This document shows positions 50,038-62,982 of a DNA stretch of 64,000 nucleotides, in pieces. A model generated the notes under the pieces. It was not told the origin of the DNA. It did not search any database and saw only the letters and a program-made list of their open reading frames with translations. The position numbers were made by a program, and so were the translations under genes. The DNA comes from Catajapyx aquilonaris. Taxonomy: Eukaryota. Numbering within the stretch: the first letter of the stretch is position 1; each line of letters opens with the position of its first letter. Location: assembly GCA_000934665.2 (NCBI GenBank), contig KZ538471.1, forward strand, positions 1 to 64,000, read 5' to 3'.

Positions 50038-53000
50038 GTAACGCGGAAAGTTGCCTGGTTGGTGGTATATCCAATTTGATATCTAATTTAAATGATGTTG
50101 ATGGAGTCAGCTGTATAGCCTGCAGGTTCAGGATGCAACAGTTGGTGCTCCAATGACCACCAAATGGACAACCAGCGCCTCTTCGTCCTTCAAATGAGAC
50201 GATGAGGTCACTCGTCAAGTGAAGATCAAGGCTGCACTTGGGTTATGTGTATATAAAGAAGAGAGGAAGTGGTTTCGGTGTTCATATAGCAGGATAAGTG
50301 GATGGGCTCTACAAAATTTTGCTCTGGAAAAAAAAAACTTCATTGACAACAGGTGCCCCTGGGTTATCGACAAACATTGCAGGTAATGTACCGAATTACA
50401 GCATGGGTCATTGTTTGAAAATTTTCCGATCGTAATGATTTGGACATATTGTTTTGATCACTATTGTAATGATAATTGATGTTTTGTTGCGCTCCAAATG
50501 ATACATGTGGTTAATATTGGTGTTTCATATTATAAATAGCGCATAACAAATAGTTGGGGTCGCATTGTACAGTTATCAATAATGGTGAGGTAATGATGGG
50601 GGGCAATGAATTCATCATTATACTAGGATTATCTTGTACAATGTGTGGGTCTGGGGATTTCTTTCGTTTGCACAGTATAATGGGGAGGGGGAGGGGTGAT
50701 AATATCAACCGATTGCTATACGATAATTTGATACCCTGTATATCATGAACAGTGATCTATAGGAAGTTATTTCTGATAGGTTTAGTCTGTAGAGTGCTCG
50801 CCTATAGGCCTACTAATTCGAAATCTGATGACATTGCTTACTGTCTAAGGACTTGCGATAGATTCACGTTAGACACAATATTGCTAGAGTGTAGCTATAC
50901 GGTTCAGGCCAAAACATTAATGATGAAAAACTTAATCAGTGCTTACGCAGAGTTAGACTATACTTGTTGGTGGTAAACTCGTGCGAATTAATTTTTATTC
51001 CTTGCATATTTCAACTGCAGAATTACTTGAAAAACGAGGTGCCGAAACTGCGTAAAAATATAATTACTGAATTTTTAAGAGCTCGTTATAATTTTCACTT
51101 AAGTTGAGAGCCGGAGAGATAACATATATACTCCCTGTAATTATGAGCACTGGTATCGCACTCATCTGATTCTCTAGTGACCAGCACATACGTGCCGAGA
51201 GTCCTAAAATATTATGTGTGCCCAGATAGTGTAAAGGCGCGAAATCAGAAGCCGTGCCATCGCATATGGTGTGATTTACCACATGTCTCTGCGGTTGAGA
51301 AACTCTCTCATCAACAAGCGCAAGTCGGTTGGGTCGGTAATGTCCGTGACCCCCTTCGTTCCAGTTCATCCCTTACGGAGGCTTCACGGGGTTAAGGTCA
51401 GGAAACTGCGAATTCGGTATATGTCGCAATTCCAGACTGTAAATATGGAATTTTATGCGATAATGGTCGAGAGGGGGTGCACCTTAGTGGGTTCTGCGTA
51501 ATGTGTGGCATGAGTGGGTTATAGATACATCCCCGATGATTGAAAAGCAAACGAGCAAATCGCACTTGACTCAACCGAAATCTAGTCTGCTGGGAAAGAC
51601 GTCTCATTATCGTCATGCTTAGCCTCCGTGCAGTATAGTCGGCCCTTTGTTTTCACATCTAATGGGGTTGGCATGTTTGCCAATTTTGCAAATCCTTCTC
51701 TCAACAAGTGACGGCAGCGTTTATGCGGTGAGTCTGCCTTTTCTCTGATCGATAGCTGGGTTAGTGTATCATCTGGAATGGGTCTTGTAGGTGGGCAAGA
51801 GAGCACTTTGTGACATTGACTCGGATTGAAAAAAGTGCTCGGTGAGTCAGTGGAGCCGTCATTACCATGAAGGGAGGGGGAGGCAAGAATGCAAAAAAAA
51901 AAGGGACGATGGCGGGGGATGATAAAGTTTCTGAAGGGGGGGGGGGGGTAAACCTTAGCGTGGACATGAGGGGGGGTCCTAATAATTGGGGTAGGTCACG
52001 AGAGAATTTCGCGGAATTGTCAATATCGAGACTTGCGTGGGTTTGCGGCACGTGATTGCGGTTCAAAGACCATTGGCTCGATATTTCTGGGTGCTGCAAC
52101 TACGCCAAAAGTTCAAATCCCCGAAAACATTTCCATTTCCTGTAAGTAACTTTCTCTCCCGGAGCCTGCCTGCTTCAGGGAGGCCCCCCCTTGAAATGGC
52201 TGTTTATAGACTCCTGCATTGTATATTTGCAATGCTGTTTCGTTCGCTTGCAGATCGTGAAATTGATTTGTTTGGAATGTCATTGGCCTTACAGCATGTT
52301 GCACTTCTGAAGTAATTCGCATTTGCCATGGCACAAAATGGATGGGGAAACATGTATGAAACGGAATATTATATTTAACCGTAGATGTGTGTATCCAGTG
52401 CTATGAACTTGAACTAACTTGACTGATGACCTTCATGAGCTCACTGACATCTGTACGTAAGATGCTCGAACTAATCGACCATTTTCGCTAATGGAATCAA
52501 TCGTGTCCCAGGCTTTAGGGACAGGTTGATGGCACGCGTCCCAGGTCCCAATTTCGCGCATCCTTGTGTAAACAAGTCCGACCTTTGGGAGCTCTAAGAA
52601 GGCCAGCTACCTTCGCTCGTTTGTTTAGGTTTAGGCCCCGTTTTATAAACGGCCGCATCCGTTAAATTGGGCTACATTTTTTCCTCCGGAAGCTTCTTGT
52701 CGCCCCAGATAGCTATTTATTATGTTTGCTGCCATGCTGGTTCTATAATGTCGTGCTACACCCTTATATGCGAGTTAATTACTTTGGCCATGTTGGGAGG
52801 TGTGACATCACCTGACTACTCGATGCCAAATATGGGGTGAGGTGATGTCCAAATCACGGCACCTTTATTATTCATGGGAGGAGTAGAGTTGTCGGCATTA
52901 GTTTTTGAGGAGTACAAGCTGTAAAAATTGTTGCCACCACATTGTGACCCCGTAGGGTTAAGTAATGCGGCAGGGCAGAGATGACTCAAGATGTGCAGCT

Positions 53001-55266
53001 GCAAGTCCGAAATGGGAGAATAGAGTGTGTGGCATGCCGCCTAGTTAGAAATTCACCGGCCATTTCGTAGGCAAATTATTTCAGGTGAACAGGAAAACTG
53101 AGGAGCATTTGGTTGCCATTCGGGCGCACTTCCCTCTGCCGCCTGTTGCGAAATGACGTCATTGAGAGCACTTGCGTCCGACCCGATTGTTGACACCCAT
53201 CCCTATATATAATGACGAGCGGCGGCTTCCTATTGTGCACTATTTTTTAATCGGGAGACACGAACATTGACCTTTTATTTCACGGGATCACAAAAGCAAT
53301 GCAACAAACAACCCATGTAAGCAAGACTTGACCACGTTGCAACCGGAAGATCATATCACGGGCTGATAACAATAGCAGCCCCGTCCTTCAGCAATATAGT
53401 CCATGTTTGGCAAGTTTGACCTTGCCCGATGGCAGTTTCCCGCAGTTTGGTAGGACTGAATGTGCATCATTCCTGTTTCTCAGAGCGTATATGATCCGGG
53501 AATGCGGTCCGCGGGTGTATGTGGGTGAGTGACATGGCGTGTAAGGGATGCCGTTGAAAGGTTGTTACGATGACGTCCTTGCTCTAGGAGTTAGTAACCG
53601 CAAAAGAGAGGGAGGGAGGGAAAAAAATGTGTACCACAAGTCGGAAGGTAAATAAAATCAACGGCCGTGGCATTCATCCATGGTTTTATGTAATCACATC
53701 ACAAGGACGGACCTTGGTGTATGTGTGTGTTGGGTGTTGGCTACGTTGCACACGCGTTGCACGTAAACAGCTGGGCGGGGAGAGGCCGGACGTACTTTAT
53801 TTGCGACGTTAATGGCATTTTTGGCAGTGCGTGCGCCGCGTTAGTCATTTCCAACCCTGTGCACACTCATGTGTATGAATATATTGTGAGCTGACGTGGT
53901 GAATATTGACTTGGTAAAGTTGTTACTAATTGCTAGAATGCGAAGATAACTTTTGAAGTAAGGGCTGTAAATTGGACGTTGTATTTTACAACCAGGTCGA
54001 CATGTACTGCCTATATGCCATATGGGAATAAAAAACGTCTTGAAAACTGTATATAGGTGACAACATCTCGTAATCCAGTAATAGGTACCCGTCAAGGTCT
54101 GCGGATCAGGATCAATCCGGAGTGACCCTTTGTTCGCATCAGGTGCATCTGTAATTGGTATCATCCATTGGCAATAAGGCTGACGGGTTGTTTTTTATTA
54201 TAGGAACCTGTTCCTCGTCCTCCCAGGTGACCTTTTAGCGAGAGGATAGGTGAGAGGAGGCTAATGCGAACAAGCACTTAAACCAGAAAATGTCACGGGG
54301 AGTGTTCAAACAGGGAGGCCCAGTCTATTGGCAATAAGAATGGGACCTCTACACCCATCACCCACCCACCCACCCACATGAGCCTTGTGTTTGTCCCAGG
54401 TTTGTTTGCACTCTTGAAAGAAAATCTCTTTTTTGTGCTATAGCGCATTATTTTTCACTTCCAGCGAGCAGGCATAGGTCGGGCAAGGTCATAATGGTGT
54501 TCTACAGTGTGAAACTCTGTTTGACATCCACGCTCGAATTAAGTAATTCCCCGGGAGAAAACACACGTGCGTGTGCTAGATGTGTCCTCTTTTCTACCGT
54601 TGTAATGGGTCGGCTTGACACAAGGTGCTTTTTTCCCTGAGAGGTTTTACCTCCATTTGGCTGAGCCCTCCTAAAGGGCAGAGGTGACGAGTTGTTCACC
54701 TCACCCCGCCATAATAGTCGGAGGAGACCTGACGTAATCCCCTCAAGATAGTTGTTAACTCGTGTGTGGTGCGGTAGTTCGGTTATCATAGAGAGGGCAA
54801 GGTTTCAGATGATTCCTCTCATTACCTTGAACTCAATCTGGCGACCGCGCTATATTTTGATTCCGACTGTATGCGCTGACATTCCCAGATTGCAGACTTT
54901 TTTCTGCTGCGGCTTTTGTGTTACTTGCAATTTCCGCCCGTGAGTGTATAGTTTATGGGCTATTGTTTCATCATAACACAACCATCATTCGTTTTATATA
55001 TGAAAATTGAACTATTCTGATAGCCTCGTTCATTCTGTGGCTAAGAATATTTTCTGAATTCTCAGTTATCGTCACTGACGTCACTGATAGAACCATAGGC
55101 ACTATTGAACTTCTAAAAATAACAAAGGAGTGGCGGATATTTGTATAATTTTGTTAACGCAATTTGTCTGCGGTACTCCGAAATTATAGATTCAAGTGGG
55201 ATGCGACTGTGTTAATGTCGAGAAACTATTAACTGTATAAATGACTTATATTAGAAAAACATGTTG

Positions 55267-55306
55267 TGAAGTATTTTCTGGATAAATTTATCCAGAAAAT
55301 AGTTCA
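55267..55306. repeat. AT-rich palindrome (30-bp perfect core 55272-55301)
   Basis: TGAAG-TATTTTCTGGATAAA|TTTATCCAGAAAATA-GTTCA. Confidence 0.9.
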
Positions 55307-58300
55307 TCACATTATTCAATTTCATACATCGATTTTTTTCTGTGGACCTGTTCTCTCATTATGGGTAATGGTGACCCGTTGGGAATCATCATGAACCATT
55401 TTACATGATGATTATGGTGTTTAAATGTTCTACTTTACACTATTAAAAATTACAGCGATTACTGGGCAGTCCACCGAGAAGCAAGTGTTTAAATGAGGCT
55501 AAAAAGTTACCCTCGGATTTAATATGCGTTAAGCATACCACTGTGGCGCCTATAGGTTCATTTAAATGCAGTCGGAACTTGTATCATGGACTGAATTGGT
55601 AATTTTGCTATAATATTCCGCCTCGTTACTGATGTAAATTTATATCGGATCTCCTATTAGGTGACGGCATAGTCTACCGGCAAACCAGCTGTGGAATAGA
55701 AAAATGCATTTTTTTTCTCTCCATCCCATGTGATATAGTTATGGTTACTCAGTGAGTGAAATCCCATAGCCGCTTTGTTTTTTCCACAATTATGCCAGGC
55801 TCAACACGTCCAAATATTGGCCGAAACCGGTCTAGATCGGCCTCATCATCAGATAATTTTTTTGTACGAACTTCACTCACAATACAGCATTATACCTGTG
55901 CACCGCGTCTGTATACCACAACCGAGTTTGTTCTAGCTTCCATCTGTGTGCGGTTTGGGTCTGTCTGCGACACGAGCAAATAACGCTCACAGCTGTCGGA
56001 TTGCATGAGGAGTGTACATGAACCTTCGTAGTGCAGATAGCACACACTCCTATTTTTTTTACAACGTATACAGTGCTGTATACACTTTCGCATGTGGGCA
56101 ACTTGAGCTTTTTTCGCAGGCGTGGAGAGGAATCCTCGCAGTTATATATGCTCAGATAGCTTTTGTTTCCCATTTTTTTGATCATCCATTGTGGTGAGGT
56201 CAGCTAAAGCGGAGCTGGCAGAAGATAAAGGGAAAATAAATCCGCTGCGAAATCTTTTGCCGGGGGTGGAATTTCCGTCTAGAATGCTGAAAAAGAGCGG
56301 ACTAATGATTTTGTGGCGCCGGATAATAAAGGGTGTAGTGACGGCAATGATGCGCTTGATAATCGTGTTTTTAGACGTAATTGCTTGCGTCTGTTAAGGC
56401 CAATGCGGTTGATTAGGGTGACGGATGGGATTGTCGGAATTTTTGAGATGAAGGGGACGACCGTCATTTTCGACGTAAATGGAAAAAATTCGGGAGGAAT
56501 TCTACGATGAAGGAATCCGACGTCATTTGGACACAACGATAGTATGGCTGACGGCCATGACATTGCAAATTTTTTCGGGAGTACGTACAAAGTAGTCTAG
56601 ATTTAGTTAGACCTTGAACTACATGATGCTGTTTACGATTTTTAGTATATGCGCCATCAGTTGTTATATTTTAAAATAGTCACGTTGTGACTCGATGCAT
56701 ATAGGCTACAGTGGAGTGCGAATGTACCACGTACGTTTTACCCACTGTTGGTAGATTCAACTCAGGGGGTGGACCACTCTGTAATGGAGTCTGGCGTAAA
56801 TTTAAAAATGGCATTCATATTTCAGCACTTTGTTTATGCGGATACAAAGTTCATGAGAGGCATTGGAGGCAATCTCACGGTACTGGCAATCATAATAAAG
56901 TTGGACTTTTAATTCAGATTAGATATGGCAAAGTGTAATCTGACCTGCTGTACAACACTGTACGGTATCTATCTGGTAGTCCCTTCCGGATATGATCACG
57001 TGACCCGTGAAAGGTCCTTGTGTTCGCGGTTGACTGACATTGGCAATGGTATCACAACTTGAGGAAACTGTAGCCAATTTCTTAGAACGTTTTATTCTGT
57101 AGTATGTCTGCGTGGTGACCAGAGTGTTAGTATGTCACTGCTCATTGTCATCATAGTTGTGTTCAAGATTTGCTAATCAGCAACTTCCCAGATTAGTGAC
57201 CTATTGACACCATGAGCCTCATCGCAGTCATTTCTGAATCCCCGATGACCCTTTGAGTCTCGAGATATTTGGAAGAGGTTATTGTGTTACGGTCATCAGG
57301 TCTCAAATATGTTTGTACATCGCACAATTAATGAACCAGGATGCAATTAGCGAATCTGACGATGCCTGTTTTGTTGTTTTGCTAAATTTTTTGTGTGTGC
57401 AGTAAAGTAACGAGTTCTGTCATCGATTTGGGGTTGCTGGAGACCATTAAGCCTAACCACCTGGATGAAGTTGTTTAGTCTGGCAGAATTCCCCGTGGGC
57501 CATATCCACCCCTCCTTTTTTTTTACTAGCTGGCTCATTGCGGACATGATGTATTTTCTAGATAGAGCTCCCTGGCATACCCCGCGTTTGGATATACTGT
57601 ATAGTATTGTGCGAACATCTGTGCAATTCTGAACTTCCAGTCTTGCGCTGCGCAGATGTTTATTAACGGAAGCGGCGTTTCCTCTGCATGTCAATGAGCA
57701 GGCAGGGATCATACCAGGCCATGGGGATAACGACTGCGTTCCGCACTCTTAATAGTCCAAACGCGCCATGATAAAACCCGGCCTGTTTTTGCTACCTAGA
57801 GAGCGAGATTTTCTGTCGTGCGAAATGGCAACAGTTTTAGCCGCATTCATTGCCGGGGCCATTTTTGGGGGGTTCCCTGGTATAGGGGCATCATAAATCA
57901 AGTGGTCTGAGGTGGTTAATTTTTGAGTGTGCGTGTAGCTGGCGCCTGTGTTTTAAGCCCGCTTTGTCTGCCAGGTCGTTTTTGGGGATACCTTTTGGCT
58001 GGCCAGGAAACAAGTAGCTGACTTGCTCCAAAGAAATGGGAGCCAAGGAGTTATTTGCAGTTCGTCTGGAGACAGAGGTTGGAAAAATTTTTTTTGGACA
58101 GCGGGAGGAAATAAACAGGCTATCAGCCTATGATAGTCGTATATTTTACCTGCCATTTTTACGCAATGACAATTGTTAAACATGAGGAAGTTAGTTTGCA
58201 AAACTCCTCTTTTGTTGCGCCAACGCCTCTGCTTAATTATTCATACCCTTATTGGCACCACTTCCTTCCCACGTGGCAATTCTACACTCCATTTGTCCCC

Positions 58301-58441
58301 CGAAGGGAGCTTTTCCTGAGACACGCTTTTCTCCTGGATTAAGCCCGGATCGCGTAATGTTTCCTTGCACTTTGTCGCTTGGAGGTTCGGCGCACCGGAT
58401 CGTAAATCAGGCTTTCGAGAGGGGATCAAACGGGGGAGACT

Positions 58442-58482
58442 CCGCCATCTTGTCCCGCTCCCAAAGGTACCCAAAATGGCGG
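58442..58482. promoter_or_regulatory. inverted pair of YY1/Pho-type motifs
   Basis: CCGCCATCTTG (58442-58452), 19-bp spacer, CAAAATGGCGG (58472-58482). Confidence 0.3.
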
Positions 58483-60476
58483 TGATGGTCCTCGTGAGCT
58501 CATCCGGAGCCTTTTTCCATGCTCCGTTTTTATGGCTGTGTCATGGGACATGTGTTGGTGGCAGTATGATGTGTGTTGATATGGAGAGTGTGTTGGTGGG
58601 GGTGCCCTTGAACGCCATTGAACCGGTGGGAGGGTGGAGTCGAGGCGTCCCGGGCGGGAAACCAGAATGAAAATGGACGCGCTCCTGGGCAAGTCAGTCA
58701 TCCTGCCCATGCAGCTGCGTGACCATGGCTCTATCTAGCTATTGCTATAGGCCTGCAGCGTGTGTGCATGTGGCCTGCAAAGTTGTTCGCCCACATTTCC
58801 TCGAGTCGGCCACCACGCGCATCTGCATTATTGGACACATGTGACCCGATATGTCTGAAATGTCATCATTTAGAAATAACTGCAATTGAAGTAATTGTAT
58901 AACGGTGTATTGACCTGCAGCCGGTTTGAATGGATATTATGGAACGTTATTCAGTGGTGTGGAGAATTCATTTTAAATTCGTGGTATTTTTCATCATATA
59001 ATAGGCTTCAAAAAACACGTCATGATCAACTTGTCCGTATGTAATACGTATTAAAGCCAGTGCAGTGTAATAACCGATATAATGGGCATCACATCATTAC
59101 AATCTTTGCACGACTGTGGAAAAAACCACATCGGGGGTCTGGTACACGAACTTTGTTCTTTGGCTTTGATCAGCAGTGCAAAAATATCGCAGAGATAATT
59201 TGTTTAATAAACCTTGCTTCTGATGATTAAGGATCATGTGAGGAGAATATTCATTCAGCCCCTATATACTGGTTCTGGGCTCTTTAATAAACCGTAAAGG
59301 GTGATACTGTGATTAGTGTTACCTGTTTAGGCCATGCATTGAATAATTTCAACTAAATTCAATATCTCGTTATGTTTATTCGCGACATGTAATTTCCCTT
59401 TGATTTCGTTTTCTGATGCACTTCTTGCAAATTGCGTCGTTTTTGTGCAATTCATTTATGCAGTGCAGAATGTGAGGAATTTACTGTTATGATCTTTTGA
59501 GGCTTGGCATTATGCTAATGCTAATTAGACCTTTGATATGCGTGTGCCCTTGAACAGCAAAAATCCTCAAATATGAAACATGTTTCCTTGTTTGCAACAG
59601 GACGCAAGTGGATTCGTCCGCAGTAATCAGCTTACAAAATGTATTCATAGCTTCCTTAATGGAACCTAACTCTGTGTATATTTCATGGCCTTTCATTCCT
59701 CTTGTTACTGCAGCTTATAAACATGGGCGATTTTTTTAAATGCAATCATTTAAAAACCATGAAGCCCATCTTACACAAGAAAGCAACCAACCCGTGACCA
59801 CTTTTTTTTTTTGGTCGCTGTTGCTGATATCTCTCTCCCTCTCTCTCGCTTCACACTAGCAAATCTGACACCCTAGCAAGCATGGTATGGTGTGAGAATG
59901 ACTCGCATAAATGTGTAATTGACTTTGCGGGCGAAGAGGTGGGTTTTCAGAGCCCGGGGGCCCTGAAAGTGGAGTAACCTTGCATCCACTACTCGCACAC
60001 ATTTAACCTGAACCGCGGTACCCGGGATAGCACGTAATATTTTATGAGTTGCCTTATTCAGGTGCCGCCCTAATGAATTATTTCCCCGTATTCGAGGGTT
60101 GTTTGGACTGCAATCGTTGCCTTGCGAGGCGATGGGGAGAATGACTTCGCGCCGAGTTGAGTCTGTAGCTGATCAATAAGAGCTGAAAAAAGGAAATGGT
60201 AAGAGTGTGTGTGAACTGATCTAGTTTTTCTCTTTTCTTTTTTGTTCCAGAGAAGAGAGGGTGAAAGATGAGGCGGATTCATCCTCGACCTGAGGGACCG
60301 AGGATAACTTTACTGGCAGATATAAGGTGAGAAGTGCGTTATATATTCGTTAAAATGTGATGGCACTTTACGTATATATAGGAAGGGAAGGAATAGGGTA
60401 GATGTGAAGTTGTCATGTTTTCTGGATGAATTCCTCGGCTAGGATTTAGGGACTGAAACACCACCAATTGAAATTA

Positions 60477-60636
60477 CAGTAAAACTTCTATAAGTCGAAT
60501 CTCGAAAGGAAAAAAATCTTTGAGTTAGGGAAGTTGATTTCCTATTCTTTTACATTGTGACCAACCAAGGTCATCATTTTCTTCTACTTATAGAGAACTT
60601 CGACTTAGGGAAGTTCGACTTATAGAAGTTTCACTG
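60477..60636. mobile_element. pogo/Tigger-like MITE, 160 bp
   Basis: TA|CAGTAAAACTTCTATAAGTCGAA ... TTCGACTTATAGAAGTTTCACTG|TA (23-bp TIR, 1 mismatch), with subterminal TTCGACTTA and TTAGGGAAGTT repeats. Confidence 0.88.
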
Positions 60637-62847
60637 TATTTGAAACATGGATTGACAGCCCTTTAAGTTTGATATTTTTGCAACAAAAATGTATCCCTGA
60701 TAAACTGTGTGCTTAGACCTGGAAGTATTGGTTCGGAATAACTATATTAAGAATGGGGATGTTCTAGAAAGGTGCCCGTGCGCATTGTAACATCGTAATC
60801 TTATCGATCTTACGGTGTGAATTATATCGACATTTATGGCAAGTACCAATGTACAGTGTTGATTTTTATTTGTGCCACTAGTATGTCCACCACCTATCAT
60901 GTTTAATTTTGATGTTAAGTTGCTCGTTAATAAGCAGTTATTGAAATGGTTATAATATTGCAAAAAGTATTTAAAGAGATTCCTCCATGTCTCCTAATAT
61001 TCGTACCACAGTAATATCGTTGGTTGCAATGCTTGTAGAACCAACTAAGAAAAATCAGCAAAGTAAACTAAGCTGACTGCCAAAATTTTGATAACCCAAA
61101 TGGGCAAACCCTTATACCCACTGATACACCCAGTGTCACGCAAACCTGTGTGGCGATTTGGACTTGTGTGTACACTGTTCAAATTGCCGGGTACGACCCT
61201 GACCAGTTGTTTGGCAATACATCCTGGAGCTGCTATTTTCCCTTCCGCAATCCCACCATAACTTGTTTACTTAGACGCAATTCCAGGCGCTCGGATGGGC
61301 ATTTAGAAGCGTGTATATACGAAAGGCAAATGGCATGCCCAGGAGCTATTTGTCGATCACTGGTGACATGCCCCTCGAATTGTGCTGCAACTCTCTCTGG
61401 TTGCCGGGGGAACGGAATCGTTTTATCTTTGGGCCTCGCAGCGTGTTGTTTCAAATGTGGAGCAGATTGTAAAGGCATGGAAATAATTAGGGTATTTGCG
61501 AGCCTCATCAGCGGGTTTTTTTTGGGCGACAACGTCGATTACGACGGGGGAATTATTCGGACCAAAATATTCCGGTGTATCTATTATGGCGGTTTTTTTT
61601 AGTCGATGGAATATTAGGTGTGTTGAAAGGCAAATACGTGCTCAATTGTAATCACAACTGTTACAGAGAAAAAAACCTGGTATGTCAATTACGTCCCATG
61701 GTGAACTTGGCGTTAAAATAAAAGGGATCCAATTATTTTCTTTCTAGTCGACCTAAATCGGCCAAAATGGTTACTTCGCAAGGGGATTACAGGCTTACAG
61801 GCGGTTTGGCTTCACATCGAATGTTTGGGAAGCAATGGAATTAGTCGCAGTTATTTTACACGCGTGACGCTACGGCCTCCAACTTGATGCAGGTAAAATA
61901 GGCATGAGGAGGTTGCAGGGTGGGGTGAGCGAGGGGGGGTGGGGGACGTCCTTTTTCCGCACCCTGCTATGTGTATATGTGTGTGAGAGAGAAGCTGAAG
62001 GACACCCAACTCTGTCGTTGGGTGCGCACACCCAGCAACACACACGCTTACGTAACCTCAAAAAGTCCTCTGCACTCCAGAAGGGAAACAAGTCTGGGGT
62101 TGCCAAGTCAGCGGCCATTTTTGCATGGCGATTAAAGGGCTGGGTTAACTAGTCGTTCGCGTGCCGACTTCCCCCCCCCCCCTCCCCCCACCTTTTCCTA
62201 ATATAAAACCCAAAAATCGATCTATGGGTCGTGAAAGGGCATGGACACAAAAATGGACTTATGTATCCTTGCAGAGTATGAAGTAGGCTAATGCCGTGCG
62301 TGTGTACATAGGTATGGGAAAAAAAAATTTAAACCGCTTTCGTGCGTGGATCCCAACCTTGTGTGTACGAAGCAACAATGCATTGATTAGGGACAAGGTA
62401 CGGCATATATCCGAAATTTCGCACAACTAGTCAAGGGCGGAAAGATTGACCGTGGCCAGCAAAGGGTCATGGTTGTACTTGCTAAATGTTGTGCACGCAC
62501 TTTTGTGCGTATGACAGTGTCGGGAGAGGGGCTGGTTGGAGGGGGCTGTGTGGGGGGTGTTGAGTCGCGAAGTAGGTCACCCTGGCGGCGGCGAGCGAAG
62601 TGGAGAGTGGAGGCCAGGCTGGCTTCAGAGTCGAGCGGAATAGGCAGGGACTGGAGCTGGTCCGTATATCCCCCAGAAATCGCGAGTGTGTGAGTGTAAG
62701 TGACAAGTGTAGAGATGTTGGACACCGGCTGACAGGTAACACACTTTTTTTATTATTATTTTGTGTTAAAATGTATACCCATGGGACATCCCGCGCGTGT
62801 CCCACCCTTTCATAGTTGCTGAACTTGCGCACTGGCGCCGGCGCCCC

Positions 62848-62982
62848 NNNNNNNNNNNNNNNNNNNNNNNNNNNNNNNNNNNNNNNNNNNNNNNNNNNNN
62901 NNNNNNNNNNNNNNNNNNNNNNNNNNNNNNNNNNNNNNNNNNNNNNNNNNNNNNNNNNNNNNNNNNNNNNNNNNNNNNNNNN
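62848..62982. other. assembly gap flanked by C runs
   Basis: Seen directly. Confidence 0.97.
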
